Positions 29,876 to 40,369 of a stretch of 64,000 nt of DNA are shown piece by piece (position 1 is the first letter of the stretch; each line of letters opens with the position of its first letter). This DNA comes from Ignavibacteriales bacterium CG_4_9_14_3_um_filter_34_10. GTDB taxonomy: Bacteria > Bacteroidota > Ignavibacteria > Ignavibacteriales > Melioribacteraceae. The DNA is taken from NCBI GenBank assembly GCA_002790395.1, contig PFVB01000185.1, forward strand, positions 4,321-68,320. Direction: 5' to 3'. Under the pieces are notes generated by a model, which saw only the letters and a list, made by a program, of their open reading frames with translations, was not told the origin of the DNA and ran no database searches. The position numbers and the translations under genes were made by a program.

Positions 29876-31267
29876 CTATTCTTTTGGACCAATCATTTTT
29901 TCAGGTCTTACTGCTTGATCAAATTGCTCGGAAGTAAGAAGACCTAATTCTAAAACTGCTTCTTTAAGCGTTTTGTTTTCTTTGTGAGCTTTTTTAGCTG
30001 CTTTTGCTGAGTTATCATAACCAATAACAGGGTTTAACGAAGTAACCAACATTAAAGAATTTTCAAGGTTCTTTTTAATGTTTATCAGATTAGGTTTAAT
30101 TCCGACAACACAATTATCAGTAAAACTATCGCATGCATCGGCAATCAGTTTTATTGACTGCAAAATATTGAAAGCAATCACTGGCATGAAAACATTTAAT
30201 TCAAAATTTCCACTTGCACCGGTAAAATTAATTGTAACATCATTTCCAAAAACTTGGGCACAAACCATTGTAAGCGCTTCAGATTGCGTTGGATTAACTT
30301 TTCCCGGCATGATTGAACTTCCCGGCTCGTTTTCCGGCAATAATATTTCACCAATTCCACATCTTGGTCCTGAGCCAAGCCATCGGATATCATTTGCAAT
30401 TTTCATCAATGAAGCTGCAACGGTTTTTAAAGTTCCGCTGAATTCAACAATACCATCTTTTGTAGCCATAGCTTCATACTTATTTGGAGCAGTTACAAAT
30501 GGATGTCCCGCTAATTCTGAAATTTTAGCAGCTACTTTTACTGCATAATCCTTATGTGTATTTAATCCGGTTCCTACAGCAGTACCGCCGAGTGAAATCA
30601 AATACATTCTTTTTAATGAATCATTAATTCTATCTAATCCGTATGTCAGTTGTTGTGCGTATCCAGAAAATTCCTGACCAAGTGTAAGTGGAGTAGCATC
30701 CATTAAATGGGTTCTTCCAATTTTGATGATATCTTTAAACTCTTCAGATTTGGTAGCCAATGCATCACGCAATTTAGTAATCATTGGAATTAATCGACGA
30801 TGAATTTCCATAACTGCAGCAACATGAATCGCCGTTGGGAATGCATCATTTGTCGACTGAGCTTTGTTCACATCATCATTTGGATGAATAGGTTTTTTGC
30901 TTCCTAAAACACCACCGGCAATTTCAATGGCACGATTTGAAATTACTTCGTTTGCATTCATATTAGTTTGTGTTCCGCTGCCTGTTTGCCAAACCACCAA
31001 AGGAAAATGCTCCATTAATTTTCCCTCAATTACTTCATTAGCTGCTTTGATGATAAGATCTAATTTTTCTTTAGGTAAAGCTCCCAATTCATTATTAGTG
31101 ATTGCAGCAGCTTTTTTAACAATCCCTAAAGCTTTGATCAATTCGGGTGGAAATTTTTCTCCGCCAATTTTGAAATTCTTTAATGATCTTGCTGTTTGAG
31201 CGCCATAATACTTGTTATTGGGCACTTCAATTTCACCCATAGTATCAGTTTCAATTCTAAAATCCAT
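29876..31267 (-). CDS. fumC: Class II fumarate hydratase
   Basis: 463 aa with the fumarate lyase signature [13 protein letters not shown] and the N-terminus [25 protein letters not shown]. Confidence 0.95.
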   Translation of the reverse strand: MDFRIETDTMGEIEVPNNKYYGAQTARSLKNFKIGGEKFPPELIKALGIVKKAAAITNNELGALPKEKLDLIIKAANEVIEGKLMEHFPLVVWQTGSGTQTNMNANEVISNRAIEIAGGVLGSKKPIHPNDDVNKAQSTNDAFPTAIHVAAVMEIHRRLIPMITKLRDALATKSEEFKDIIKIGRTHLMDATPLTLGQEFSGYAQQLTYGLDRINDSLKRMYLISLGGTAVGTGLNTHKDYAVKVAAKISELAGHPFVTAPNKYEAMATKDGIVEFSGTLKTVAASLMKIANDIRWLGSGPRCGIGEILLPENEPGSSIMPGKVNPTQSEALTMVCAQVFGNDVTINFTGASGNFELNVFMPVIAFNILQSIKLIADACDSFTDNCVVGIKPNLINIKKNLENSLMLVTSLNPVIGYDNSAKAAKKAHKENKTLKEAVLELGLLTSEQFDQAVRPEKMIGPKE

Positions 31268-31278
31268 TTTTACTCCTT

Positions 31279-31962
31279 TTAAAGTTTGTTATTTATTTCA
31301 TTTATCCGACGTGATCCAACAAATCGCTTATTATAATATTTCTCATCAAGAGAAGAGATTGTTACTCCTAATGATCTGCTTGCATGAACAAATAAATTTT
31401 CTCCTAAATAAATTCCAACATGTCCGGGGAATCTTCTTCTCGAAGTATTAAAAAAAACCAAATCGCCAATTTGAAGCGAATCCCTTGTATGAATTTTCAA
31501 TCCCACCTGGTATTGTTCGCGAGCAGATCGAGGTAAAGTATAATCAAATGTAGATTCAAATACTAATCTTGTAAATGCGGAACAATCCAATCCATCTTTA
31601 GTATTTCCCCCGTATTTATATGGCGAATCCCGCATTTCAATTACTTTCATCATAAACAAATCTTTTAAGGCAATGGATGTATCGGATTTATTAGTCAACC
31701 TATTTAAATACATTTCCTCATTTTGTTTTGATTGAAGCGTTGCATGCTCATTATATTCATCAAGTGAATCTAATGAGATATCACTGCTTAGTAAAGTATC
31801 CGGAACTGAATCATTTTCATTTGTAAATCTGACTGCATCATGTTGCCCGGAAATCGTTTCGTTTTTTTGTCCGTATCTCTGAGATACAGAAGAAGATGAA
31901 CAATTGGAGAACAAAAAAATAATAGACGATAAAATGAATGCTTTTGCAAAAAAGACTTTCAT
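31279..31962 (-). CDS. NlpC/P60 (C40) family cell-wall peptidase lipoprotein
   Basis: Lipobox LFSNCS. Catalytic Cys context [21 protein letters not shown] and His context GHVGIYLG. Confidence 0.85.
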   Translation of the reverse strand: MKVFFAKAFILSSIIFLFSNCSSSSVSQRYGQKNETISGQHDAVRFTNENDSVPDTLLSSDISLDSLDEYNEHATLQSKQNEEMYLNRLTNKSDTSIALKDLFMMKVIEMRDSPYKYGGNTKDGLDCSAFTRLVFESTFDYTLPRSAREQYQVGLKIHTRDSLQIGDLVFFNTSRRRFPGHVGIYLGENLFVHASRSLGVTISSLDEKYYNKRFVGSRRINEINNKL

Positions 31963-31964
31963 AT

Positions 31965-32819
31965 TTAACCTAAATACATTCTTAAATGTTTACTTCGACT
32001 AGCCAGTCTTAATCTTCTAATTGCCTTCTCTTTTATTTGTCTTACTCTTTCTCTTGTCAAGTTGAATTTTTCTCCGATTTCTTCCAGAGTATAGGAGTGG
32101 TCTTCATATAACCCAAAGTACAACTTAAGCACATTCGCTTCCCTTTCACTGAGCGAAGAAAGAACTCTTGCAATTTCTGATTTTAGTGAATCCGACATCA
32201 GCATTTCATCTGGTGAAGGTTGTTGATCATCAATCAATGTATCAATCAGTCGGTTTTCATCGCCTTGTTTTAATGGAGCATCCATAGAAACACTCCGCGA
32301 TGAAACTTTCAGAGCCTCAGAAATGTCTGTGCTTTCCATATCGAGTTCTTGAGCAAGTTCATTTACACTCGGTTCTCTTTCAAAAGATTGTTCAAGATTG
32401 CTATAAGCTTTCCCAATTTTACTCAAAGTACCAACACGGTTTAACGGAAGTCTGACTATTCGGGATTGCTCTGCTAATGCTTGCAGAATGGATTGACGAA
32501 TCCACCAAACTGCATAAGAAATAAATTTAAATCCGCGGGTTTCATCGTACTTGTTTGCAGCTTTTATCAAACCTAAATTTCCTTCATTAATAAGATCTCC
32601 GAGTGAAAGACCTTGATTTTGATATTGTTTAGCAACACTGACAACAAATCTCAGATTGGCTTTTACCAATTTCTCAAGGGCATCATGATCCCCGGATTTA
32701 ATTTTTTTTGCCAGATAAATTTCATCATCGGCTGTTAATAATTTTACTTTGCCAATCTCCTGCAAATATTTATCAAGTGATTGACTTTCACGATTGGTAA
32801 ATGTTTTTTGAATTTTCAT
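31965..32819 (-). CDS. rpoD: Primary-like RNA polymerase sigma-70 factor (short form lacking region 1.1)
   Basis: Region 2 [37 protein letters not shown], region 3, and region 4 [30 protein letters not shown] prefer the ATG at 32819 with GGAG 6 nt upstream; the track start at 32825 is TTG. Confidence 0.88.
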   Translation of the reverse strand: MKIQKTFTNRESQSLDKYLQEIGKVKLLTADDEIYLAKKIKSGDHDALEKLVKANLRFVVSVAKQYQNQGLSLGDLINEGNLGLIKAANKYDETRGFKFISYAVWWIRQSILQALAEQSRIVRLPLNRVGTLSKIGKAYSNLEQSFEREPSVNELAQELDMESTDISEALKVSSRSVSMDAPLKQGDENRLIDTLIDDQQPSPDEMLMSDSLKSEIARVLSSLSEREANVLKLYFGLYEDHSYTLEEIGEKFNLTRERVRQIKEKAIRRLRLASRSKHLRMYLG

Positions 32820-32830
32820 GAACAACTCCG

Positions 32831-33100
32831 TTATTGTTCAGAATATAAAGAATCAACTATTCCTACTATTGATGCATCAACCGGAGCCATTTCAACATTT
32901 AATGGAATCACTGCTTCGCTGGCAGTTATATAATAGATTATTTCTCCGGGACCCGCTCCGATTGTATCAATTGCAATAATCGGCGAACCGATTTCTTCTT
33001 CACTTGAATTAATCGGCTGAACTAGTTGCATCTTTTTGCCTGTTAAAGTCTCATACTTTCTTGTAGCCCAAATTGTACCTATTACTTTACCGAGTTGCAT
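32831..33100 (-). CDS. EutN/CcmL-family bacterial microcompartment vertex (BMC-P) protein, divergent paralog
   Basis: 89 aa: [15 protein letters not shown]...[11 protein letters not shown]...[11 protein letters not shown]. Collinear with EutN/CcmL, but TASEAV replaces the GSSAR block. The start overlaps the upstream paralog's stop (TAATG). Confidence 0.85.
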   Translation of the reverse strand: MQLGKVIGTIWATRKYETLTGKKMQLVQPINSSEEEIGSPIIAIDTIGAGPGEIIYYITASEAVIPLNVEMAPVDASIVGIVDSLYSEQ

Positions 33101-33399
33101 TAGTTTTCCACAACTTTTTCAATTTTATCTTTTACAGAAATATCCAGTTTATCAACTATTGCCATTATGACCGCATCAATTGGTTTGTTCTTTGTTAAAA
33201 TTGTTTGACGGGCTGAACTACCCTGTGCGACAAGAACAACTTCACCAACTCCAGCTCCAACTGAATCAACAGCAACGACTGTGTTTTTCTTTGGAGAATA
33301 ATCAAGATTTAATTCCTGAACAATTAAAAATTTTGCACCAACCAAATTTTCATCTTTCTTTGTCGACCAAACTGTTCCAATTACTTTTCCTAAAATCAA
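33100..33399 (-). CDS. EutN/CcmL-family bacterial microcompartment vertex (BMC-P) protein
   Basis: 99 aa: MILGKVIGTVWSTKK...AVDSVGAGVGEVVLVAQGSSARQ...PIDAVIMAIVD. TTG start with AGAGG upstream. Confidence 0.85.
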   Translation of the reverse strand: MILGKVIGTVWSTKKDENLVGAKFLIVQELNLDYSPKKNTVVAVDSVGAGVGEVVLVAQGSSARQTILTKNKPIDAVIMAIVDKLDISVKDKIEKVVEN

Positions 33400-33441
33400 T
33401 TAAACCTCTGTTTTTTGCTAAGATTTTTTATTGTCAAAATT

Positions 33442-33470
33442 ATATTAAAACAAATCAAATTTAATTGCAA
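33442..33470 (-). promoter_or_regulatory. Candidate promoter ahead of the EutN pair (TTGCAA-17-TAATAT)
   Basis: Lies in the 78-nt gap between deoB and the first EutN gene. Reverse strand reads TTGCAA, then ttaaatttgatttgttt (17 nt), then TAATAT. Sequence match only. Confidence 0.4.
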
Positions 33471-33477
33471 AAATTTT

Positions 33478-34638
33478 TTAATCTAAAAAACTAACGCCCT
33501 TCAAATTGTTTGTGACTTTAAAGAATTCCGCAATTGTCTGAGCAACATCAGAAAAGGTTTTTCTGACCTCTAAATTTTTTCCGGGGATATTTTTTTGATA
33601 GAATAATAGAGGAACATATTCTCGGCTATGATCTGTGCTCGGTGTTGTAGGATCATTTCCGTGATCGGCAGTAATTATTAATGCATCGGTTTCATCAAGC
33701 GTATTCATAATCTCAGAAAGCCTATTGTCAAAATAACCTAATGCTTTCGCAAATCCAGCTGGATCATTCCTGTGTCCATAATAAACATCAAAATCAACAA
33801 GATTGGTAAAAATGAATGAACCGGAAAATTCTTTCGAAGCCTTTATTATTTCGTTAATTCCTTCTTCATTTGAGTGAGTTTTTATATTGTGTGAAATTCC
33901 CTGATAATTAAAAAGGTCATTAATTTTTCCAATGGCAACAGTGTTAATATCATTAGCTTTTAAGAAATCTAAAATAGTCGGAGTTGGAGGTGAGAGCGAA
34001 AAATCCTTTCGGTTTGTCGTTCTGCTGTAATTCCCATCATTACCGATAAACGGGCGGGCAATAACTCTGCCAACTGAATTTTCATTAATTAATATTTTTT
34101 CGCGGGCAATTTTACAAATTTCATAAAGTCTATCTAACGGAATAACAGATTCATGTGCTGCAATTTGAAAAACAGAATCAGCCGATGTGTAAACAATCGG
34201 AAATCCCGTTTTCACATGCTCATCACCAAGCTCATTTATTATATCTGTTCCCGATGCGGCTTTATTCCCCAATACTCCACTTAACTTTGTCTCAGCCAAA
34301 AATTTGTTGATTAATTCTTTTGGAAATCCGGAGGGATAATATGGAAAATCAAAGTCGATTAATAAACCTGAAATTTCCCAATGACCGGTCGTTGAGTCTT
34401 TTCCTTTCGACATCTCACTCATTTTCCCGAATGAAGCAATTGGATTTTGAACAGGAGTTATACCTTTAATTTTTTGTATGTTTCCCAATCCACAATTTTG
34501 CAGATTCGGAAGATAAAGTCCACCAACTACTTCAGCCATATTTGAAAGCGTATTACTTCCTTCATCTTTGTATAAATAAGCATCAGGCAGTTCACCAATA
34601 CCTACACCATCAAGGATTATGACAAAAAAGTTATTCAT
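33478..34638 (-). CDS. deoB: Phosphopentomutase
   Basis: 386 aa. N-terminus [16 protein letters not shown], plus [17 protein letters not shown] and the overall alkaline-phosphatase-superfamily pattern of DeoB. Confidence 0.9.
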   Translation of the reverse strand: MNNFFVIILDGVGIGELPDAYLYKDEGSNTLSNMAEVVGGLYLPNLQNCGLGNIQKIKGITPVQNPIASFGKMSEMSKGKDSTTGHWEISGLLIDFDFPYYPSGFPKELINKFLAETKLSGVLGNKAASGTDIINELGDEHVKTGFPIVYTSADSVFQIAAHESVIPLDRLYEICKIAREKILINENSVGRVIARPFIGNDGNYSRTTNRKDFSLSPPTPTILDFLKANDINTVAIGKINDLFNYQGISHNIKTHSNEEGINEIIKASKEFSGSFIFTNLVDFDVYYGHRNDPAGFAKALGYFDNRLSEIMNTLDETDALIITADHGNDPTTPSTDHSREYVPLLFYQKNIPGKNLEVRKTFSDVAQTIAEFFKVTNNLKGVSFLD

Positions 34639-34642
34639 AGTC

Positions 34643-36514
34643 TTATAAATTTTTTACTGAATTGCCGCCTTTTTCAAGCGCTTTCTTCAAAGCCAATTCC
34701 GCATTATAAATCACTTCTTCCACCTCAGTTTTATTGGTCGAATTAGCTATTCCTATTGATACAGTAAATGTTGTCTGTTTTGAAATAACTGCAACTGGTT
34801 TGCGTGCAATGGCAAGTCGTAATTTTTCTGCCCATAAAAAAACATCCTTCGAACTAACATTAAAAAAGAACACCCCAAACACTCTGTTACTAAGTCTTCC
34901 GACAATATTCGAAATATTTGTTTCATCTCTTATCGAAGAAGCAATGGATTTTAAAACTTTTGGAAAAGGATCGCTTTCAAACAATGAACTCTCTTCAAGA
35001 AAGTCATCAATCTGTATTAACAGTAACGCCGTTGGTACTTCCACTTTTGATGCTTTGTATAATTCGGATTCGATTGCCTTGATAAATGTTTTTGAATTTA
35101 GAAATTTTGTATCGAGATCAGTTGTAACTAAACTTTTTAGCATTGAGTTGTTACTTGTTGAATATAAAATAAACGGAAACATTTTTGTCGCTCTTTTTAA
35201 GAAATCAATATCCGCATCTGAATATTTTTTCTTCTTTAGATTTTCAAAACAGAGGACGCCATAGTTTTGATTATCATACGTTAAAGGCAAAGCCAAAAAG
35301 GAACCATCAATTGTGATGTTTTCATTTATTGAAAATCTCGGAATTTCCACTTTTGAAAGATCATCAATGTTTACAGGCATTCCGGTGACAATAGCTTTTC
35401 CAACAATCGTTCCGTTTAAATCAATGAGAAGATTTTCACCCACATATTTTAGCGAAGAAGTTTTGTTTTGGACTTTGGCAACATAAAATTTCTGCTCATG
35501 AAAATTATAAAAAACAAATGTAAAAATATCCCAACTCAATAGTACATTTACAGCATTTTCAATTGCTTGGAACAAATCAGATTCGGTTTCAAACTTATTC
35601 TCAGCAGAGATAATATTTAATAAAGCATTTAATCTTGACTGACTTTGATTTTCAATAACTTTTTCTTCAAATAAAGTAATGATTATTGAAATAATGCGAA
35701 CAAACTTTCCAAGTGTATAAACTGTTTCTAATCCAAAGCAATCAGGACTTAATGAATCTAACGCTAAAACACCATAAATTTTGTTGTCATAATATAGCGG
35801 AACACCCACAAAACTTTTTATTGATTGCGGAGCAACATAATATCTAATCACATCTTTTTCTGCAGCAGAACTAATATTAGTTAATAATTCAGGTTCACCA
35901 TTTTTTGCAATTTTGCTTAGAACATCGTCTTCTAACTGAAATCTCTGTTGAGATATTTTATCGCCGCAAGCCGCAAACTGTTCGAGAATCAATTTCTGAT
36001 CTGAACTTTTGTACCAGAAAAAAAGAGCATTATGTGAAATGAAAGAATCCTTGATTGCATTCAACATTCTTGTAAGTATAAAACTAAAGTGTTCGTTATT
36101 GCTGATTTCGGTTGGAAGTTTTTCGTTTGCAATGTTTTCATATTTTTCTTTTAAGTCCGGTGGCTTAAAATAATTTTTTCTGTTCGGAATTACATTATTT
36201 GAAAGCTCATCTTCTCTTAGTATTTCTATTTTTGTATTGGGTGAGATTATTTTAAAATCTTCATTTACATCAACATCATGACCTGCGTTTGAGTATGGGT
36301 CCTGAATTTGGGGAGATACTTCGTCTTCTTCAATTTTTGCAAGTTCCGGAGTTCGAATCGAATCTCGCAAAAAAATTATAAACCCAACATAAATAATTAT
36401 GATCAAAGCAGAAATTATTTCGAGTACTAAATCATCCGTTACAATTGGCACAACACAAAGTAATGGAATTAGTATAAAAATCAATAATCGTTTTTTGTTT
36501 CTTTTATCTAACAT
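34643..36514 (-). CDS. Membrane-anchored tandem-GAF protein with a degenerate GGDEF domain
   Basis: 623 aa with two N-terminal TM helices and two GAF-like regions ([16 protein letters not shown]). The C-terminal GGDEF fold (LLLIQIDDF...TVSIGIA...[15 protein letters not shown]) has SNRVF where GG(D/E)EF is expected. Confidence 0.75.
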   Translation of the reverse strand: MLDKRNKKRLLIFILIPLLCVVPIVTDDLVLEIISALIIIIYVGFIIFLRDSIRTPELAKIEEDEVSPQIQDPYSNAGHDVDVNEDFKIISPNTKIEILREDELSNNVIPNRKNYFKPPDLKEKYENIANEKLPTEISNNEHFSFILTRMLNAIKDSFISHNALFFWYKSSDQKLILEQFAACGDKISQQRFQLEDDVLSKIAKNGEPELLTNISSAAEKDVIRYYVAPQSIKSFVGVPLYYDNKIYGVLALDSLSPDCFGLETVYTLGKFVRIISIIITLFEEKVIENQSQSRLNALLNIISAENKFETESDLFQAIENAVNVLLSWDIFTFVFYNFHEQKFYVAKVQNKTSSLKYVGENLLIDLNGTIVGKAIVTGMPVNIDDLSKVEIPRFSINENITIDGSFLALPLTYDNQNYGVLCFENLKKKKYSDADIDFLKRATKMFPFILYSTSNNSMLKSLVTTDLDTKFLNSKTFIKAIESELYKASKVEVPTALLLIQIDDFLEESSLFESDPFPKVLKSIASSIRDETNISNIVGRLSNRVFGVFFFNVSSKDVFLWAEKLRLAIARKPVAVISKQTTFTVSIGIANSTNKTEVEEVIYNAELALKKALEKGGNSVKNL

Positions 36515-36577
36515 GATATTTTATAATTTCGATTTTATAATAGACTTACGAAATTATAAAAAAACTTTATTAAAAAT

Positions 36578-37162
36578 TCAAATTTCAAAATAATTCTTTA
36601 GAAAATTTACGATTTCTTTTCTCCCTCGGTTATTTACAGCTGAGAAAAAGAATAAATTTTCATTTTCAACTGTATTGGAATAAAACTCTTTAATCATATT
36701 TCTTTTTTGATGGAACTCGGATTGTGAGAGTTTGTCAATTTTATTTAACACAATAATAAAGGGAATATTATTTTTGAATAACAGCTTTGATAATTCTACA
36801 TCAACGTCTGTAGGCTCATGCCTGCTATCAATTATATGAATAGCAAGCTGTATTTTGTCTGTTCTTGTAAAATATTCAGAAATCAGTTTCTTCCACTTTT
36901 CTCTTTCCTGCTTTGAAACTTTAGCATAACCAAGACCCGGAAGATCGACAATAAAAAATTTTTCGTTCACCAAAAAGTAGTTCAAGAATTTTGTCTTTCC
37001 GGGAGTAGCACCAACTTTAGCAAGATTTTTCATTTGTAAAATGGAATTAATAAACGAGGATTTACCGACATTAGATCTGCCACAAAATACAAGTTCGGGA
37101 AAATCTCCTTTCGGGATTTCAATTATTGAATTAACGGATTTTACAAATTTTGCATTTGCCAT
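36578..37162 (-). CDS. engB: Ribosome-biogenesis GTPase YsxC/EngB
   Basis: 194 aa. G1 GRSNVGKSSFINS, G3 DLPGLGY, G4 NKIDK. Confidence 0.9.
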   Translation of the reverse strand: MANAKFVKSVNSIIEIPKGDFPELVFCGRSNVGKSSFINSILQMKNLAKVGATPGKTKFLNYFLVNEKFFIVDLPGLGYAKVSKQEREKWKKLISEYFTRTDKIQLAIHIIDSRHEPTDVDVELSKLLFKNNIPFIIVLNKIDKLSQSEFHQKRNMIKEFYSNTVENENLFFFSAVNNRGRKEIVNFLKNYFEI

Positions 37163-37193
37163 ATAAAAAAAAGAGTAACCAATTGGTTACTCT
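37163..37193 (-). terminator. Intrinsic terminator after rplQ (end of alpha operon)
   Basis: Reverse strand reads AGAGTAACC-AATT-GGTTACTCT (perfect 9-bp stem), followed by TTTTTTTT. It abuts the engB ATG. Confidence 0.75.
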
Positions 37194-37200
37194 ATTAATT

Positions 37201-37749
37201 TTATTTTTCCTCTGATTTTTTCTTAGCAGTTTTTGGCTTTTGCTCGCCTTCTGCTTTTGGCTTCCGAGGTTTTGAAACCTTCTTTTCTTTCTTGTCGGTT
37301 TCTTCAATTACATTAGCATCCTGAACCTTTTCTTTACTTACCTTTTCAGATTTTTCTTTTGATTCTTTTTTCTCTTTTTTAGCAAGCATATCATTGAAAT
37401 CAACCAATTCTAAAAATGCCATTTCAGCAGCATCACCAGGTCTGTTTCCCAATTTTACAATTCGTGTATAACCGCCTGCTCTCTCACTAACTTTTGGAAC
37501 GATTTCGTCAAAAAGAATTTTGTAAACTTCTCGCTGCTTAATATCCCGAGTAATTAACCTTCGCGAATGAACTGAACCTTCTTTAGCCTTAGTGATTATT
37601 GGTTCAACAAATTTTCGTGCTTCTTTTGCTTTTTGAACAGTAGTTTTAATTCTTTTGTGTTTAATTAAACTTGTGGCTAAAGCACGCATCAATGCTAAGC
37701 GATGTTCAGATGTTCTACTTAAATGTCTACCTTTTACTTTATGTCGCAT
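37201..37749 (-). CDS. rplQ: 50S ribosomal protein L17 with Lys/Glu-rich C-terminal extension
   Basis: MRHKVKGRHLSRTSEHRLALMRALATSL, position after rpoA, and a tail of about 60 aa rich in K and E. Confidence 0.93.
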   Translation of the reverse strand: MRHKVKGRHLSRTSEHRLALMRALATSLIKHKRIKTTVQKAKEARKFVEPIITKAKEGSVHSRRLITRDIKQREVYKILFDEIVPKVSERAGGYTRIVKLGNRPGDAAEMAFLELVDFNDMLAKKEKKESKEKSEKVSKEKVQDANVIEETDKKEKKVSKPRKPKAEGEQKPKTAKKKSEEK

Positions 37750-37770
37750 TACTCTACCTTTAAATCAAAA

Positions 37771-38766
37771 TTATTTATTATCAGTATTTATTTTTATGTA
37801 TTTATCAACGTCCATTCCGAAATCAAGATTGAAATTATCAACAATTTCTTTTAATTCAGCCAATGATTTTCGGCCAAAATTTCGAAACTTCAACATTTCA
37901 CTTTCATCTTTTTTAACAAGTTCACCAAGAGTTTTAATATTCTGGGATTTCAAACAATTATGTGAACGGACACTTAATTCCAAGTCATCAACGCTTGTTA
38001 ATAATATTTTCTTAATTCTTTCTGCTTCTAAATCTTTTTCACTTTCAATTTTTTCTTCTTCAGGTTCATTTTCAAAATTAATAAACAAATTAATATGTTC
38101 CTTCATAACTCCTGCTGCAGCAGAAAGTGCTTCTTCAGGAGTAATTGAACCATCGGTTGTAATTTCGAGCGATAATTGTTCAAAATCATTGCTCTCGCCG
38201 ATTCGTACATTTTTAATATCATAATTGACTTTTTTAATCGGAGTAAATATCGAGTCAATTGGTATCAAACCAATTGATTGATCCTGAAAAATCTGTTGAG
38301 AAGAAGGCACATAACCTTTTCCAAATCCAAATCTGATTTCCATGAGAATTTTTGCTTCAGAATTAAGAGTCGCAATGTGCTGTTCAGGATTCAATATTTC
38401 AATATCAGGACAGTTATTTGCTAAGTCCTGAGCAGTTAATTTATAAGGTCCATTAAGTGAGAGATCAATTTTGTTTGATTTTTTATTAACAATTTTCAAA
38501 CGAATCTTTTTCAAATTCAGAATTACTTCTGTAACATCTTCGAGAACACCGGGAATACTTGTAAACTCATGCAAAACGCCGTTAATTTTAATGGCGGTAA
38601 TTGCAGCACCTTGAATAGATGATAAAAGAACTCTACGAAATGCATTTCCTAAAGTTATTCCAAATCCTCTTTCTAAAGGTTGAACAATAAACTTTGCATA
38701 GCTTGAATTTGCCGTTGAATCTTCTTTAACTATTCCTTCCGGCATTTTAATAAACGAATTACTCAT
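37771..38766 (-). CDS. rpoA: DNA-directed RNA polymerase subunit alpha
   Basis: 331 aa. FIVQPLERGFGITLGNAFRRVLLSS and the C-terminal domain LELSVRSHNCLKSQNIKTLGELV. Confidence 0.95.
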   Translation of the reverse strand: MSNSFIKMPEGIVKEDSTANSSYAKFIVQPLERGFGITLGNAFRRVLLSSIQGAAITAIKINGVLHEFTSIPGVLEDVTEVILNLKKIRLKIVNKKSNKIDLSLNGPYKLTAQDLANNCPDIEILNPEQHIATLNSEAKILMEIRFGFGKGYVPSSQQIFQDQSIGLIPIDSIFTPIKKVNYDIKNVRIGESNDFEQLSLEITTDGSITPEEALSAAAGVMKEHINLFINFENEPEEEKIESEKDLEAERIKKILLTSVDDLELSVRSHNCLKSQNIKTLGELVKKDESEMLKFRNFGRKSLAELKEIVDNFNLDFGMDVDKYIKINTDNK

Positions 38767-38791
38767 TTAATTTCCTCAAAATTTTTAATAA

Positions 38792-39418
38792 TTATTTAGA
38801 ATACAACTCAACAATCAATTGTTCATTTGCATTCAAAGGAACTTCTTCCCTTGCCGGTAACTGCAAGAAAGTCCCGGATAAAGTGGCTTTATCTACTGCA
38901 AGCCAGCTATATACATTATCTTTTGTTCTTCCTAATGCTTTGTGTACTAAATCTAACTTTTTACTGTTTTCTTTTAATGTAATCACATCACCAGGAACAA
39001 CTAAGTATGAAGGAATATCAACACTTTTACCACCAATCATAAAATGCCCATGCGTAACTAATTGTCTTGCAGCTTTTCTTGAAGGAGCAAAACCCAATCT
39101 ATAAATAACGTTATCCAATCTTCTTTCCAACAATTTCACTAAATTTTCACCTGTAACACCTTTTTGTCGGCTTGCTTTATCAAACAAATTTCTGAATTGA
39201 GTTTCAATCAAACCATAAATTCGTTTAACTTTTTGTTTTTCACGTAACTGAACACCGTATTCAGAAAATTTTGACCTTTTTGATAAACCATGTTGACCAG
39301 GAGGATAATTTCTCTTTTCAATAGGGCATTTTTCCGAAAGACATTTTGCTCCTTTCAGAAAAAGCTTCTGTTTTTCTCGTCTACATAATTTACAACTTGA
39401 ACCAGTATATCTTGCCAT
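38792..39418 (-). CDS. rpsD: 30S ribosomal protein S4
   Basis: [23 protein letters not shown]... with an S4 RNA-binding domain; operon position. Confidence 0.95.
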   Translation of the reverse strand: MARYTGSSCKLCRREKQKLFLKGAKCLSEKCPIEKRNYPPGQHGLSKRSKFSEYGVQLREKQKVKRIYGLIETQFRNLFDKASRQKGVTGENLVKLLERRLDNVIYRLGFAPSRKAARQLVTHGHFMIGGKSVDIPSYLVVPGDVITLKENSKKLDLVHKALGRTKDNVYSWLAVDKATLSGTFLQLPAREEVPLNANEQLIVELYSK

Positions 39419-39433
39419 CTAATTTCTCTCCTA

Positions 39434-39820
39434 TTAAACTCTTCGTCTTTTTGGTGGTCTGCAACCATTATGTGGAATTGGGGTTATGTCTTTAATTGAT
39501 AAAACTTGTAAACCCGCAGTATTTAATGCTCTGACAGCAGCTTCTCTTCCGGCTCCCGGGCCTTTAACAAAAACATCAACTTTTCTTAAACCAAGATCAT
39601 AAGCTTCTTTTGCAGCAGCTTCAGCAGATACCTGAGCAGCAAACGGTGTGTTTTTTCTCGACCCTTTAAAATTGTTTTTTCCGGCAGAAGACCATGCAAT
39701 CGTATTTCCATAAACATCAGTTAATGTTACAATAACATTATTAAATGATGCTTTAATATGTGCAACCCCAACCGCATCAACATGCACTTTTTTCTTTGCT
39801 TTTTTAACTACTTTTGCCAA
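39434..39820 (-). CDS. rpsK: 30S ribosomal protein S11
   Basis: [18 protein letters not shown]...[13 protein letters not shown]. Confidence 0.95.
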   Translation of the reverse strand: MAKVVKKAKKKVHVDAVGVAHIKASFNNVIVTLTDVYGNTIAWSSAGKNNFKGSRKNTPFAAQVSAEAAAKEAYDLGLRKVDVFVKGPGAGREAAVRALNTAGLQVLSIKDITPIPHNGCRPPKRRRV

Positions 39821-39840
39821 ATCCTAACTCCTTAAATTAA

Positions 39841-40224
39841 TTATTTCTTAGTCGGTACTTTTTTCTTTCCCGCAACCGTTCTTCGCTTACCTTTTCTTGT
39901 CCTAGAATTCGTCTTTGTTCTTTGACCTCTTACAGGCAAACTTCTTCTATGTCTTACTCCGCGGTAACTACCAATATCAATAAGACGTTTAATGTTTTGC
40001 TGTACTTCACTTCTTAAGGCACCTTCAACCCTAAAATCTGAAGTAATAACCGAACGAATTTTAGAAACTTCAATTTCCGTTAAATCACCAACTTTTTTAT
40101 CAGGATTTACTTCAGCTTTTTCGAGAATTTTTTTGGCTGAAACTTCACCAATTCCGAAAATATATGTCAATCCGATAAAAACTTTTTTTTGTTTGGGTAA
40201 ATCAACACCTGCAATTCGAGCCAA
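39841..40224 (-). CDS. rpsM: 30S ribosomal protein S13
   Basis: [29 protein letters not shown] start, GGAGG SD. Confidence 0.95.
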   Translation of the reverse strand: MARIAGVDLPKQKKVFIGLTYIFGIGEVSAKKILEKAEVNPDKKVGDLTEIEVSKIRSVITSDFRVEGALRSEVQQNIKRLIDIGSYRGVRHRRSLPVRGQRTKTNSRTRKGKRRTVAGKKKVPTKK

Positions 40225-40242
40225 GCTTAAACCTCCTAATTA

Positions 40243-40356
40243 TTAACCTTGACGTTGTTTGTGTTTCGGGTTTTTGCAAATAACCCTTACAACGCCTTTT
40301 CTTTTTATTATTTTACAATTTTCACAAAGTTTTCTTACTGAAGAACGTACCTTCAT
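40243..40356 (-). CDS. rpmJ: 50S ribosomal protein L36 (zinc-ribbon type), not in the ORF track
   Basis: Hand translation: [37 protein letters not shown]. Canonical position between infA and rpsM. Confidence 0.93.
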   Translation of the reverse strand: MKVRSSVRKLCENCKIIKRKGVVRVICKNPKHKQRQG

Positions 40357-40369
40357 CTTTTTAACTCCA

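Noticed and set aside
29753-29947. 64-aa plus-strand ORF in the fumC-downstream region
   Set aside because: The opposite strand encodes a CDGSH-signature ORF with an SD and a terminator, plus the fumC 3' end. The plus-strand product has no features.
30078-30548. 156-aa plus-strand ORF antisense to fumC
   Set aside because: It lies entirely inside a highly conserved minus-strand gene. Its product is low-complexity and Ser/Pro/Ile-rich, with no motif or SD. This is a typical antisense artefact.
34734-35264. 176-aa plus-strand ORF antisense to the GAF/GGDEF-like gene. The 189-aa ORF at 37655-38224, antisense to rplQ/rpoA, is a similar case.
   Set aside because: Both are shadow ORFs opposite well-supported genes, with no recognisable domains and no start context.
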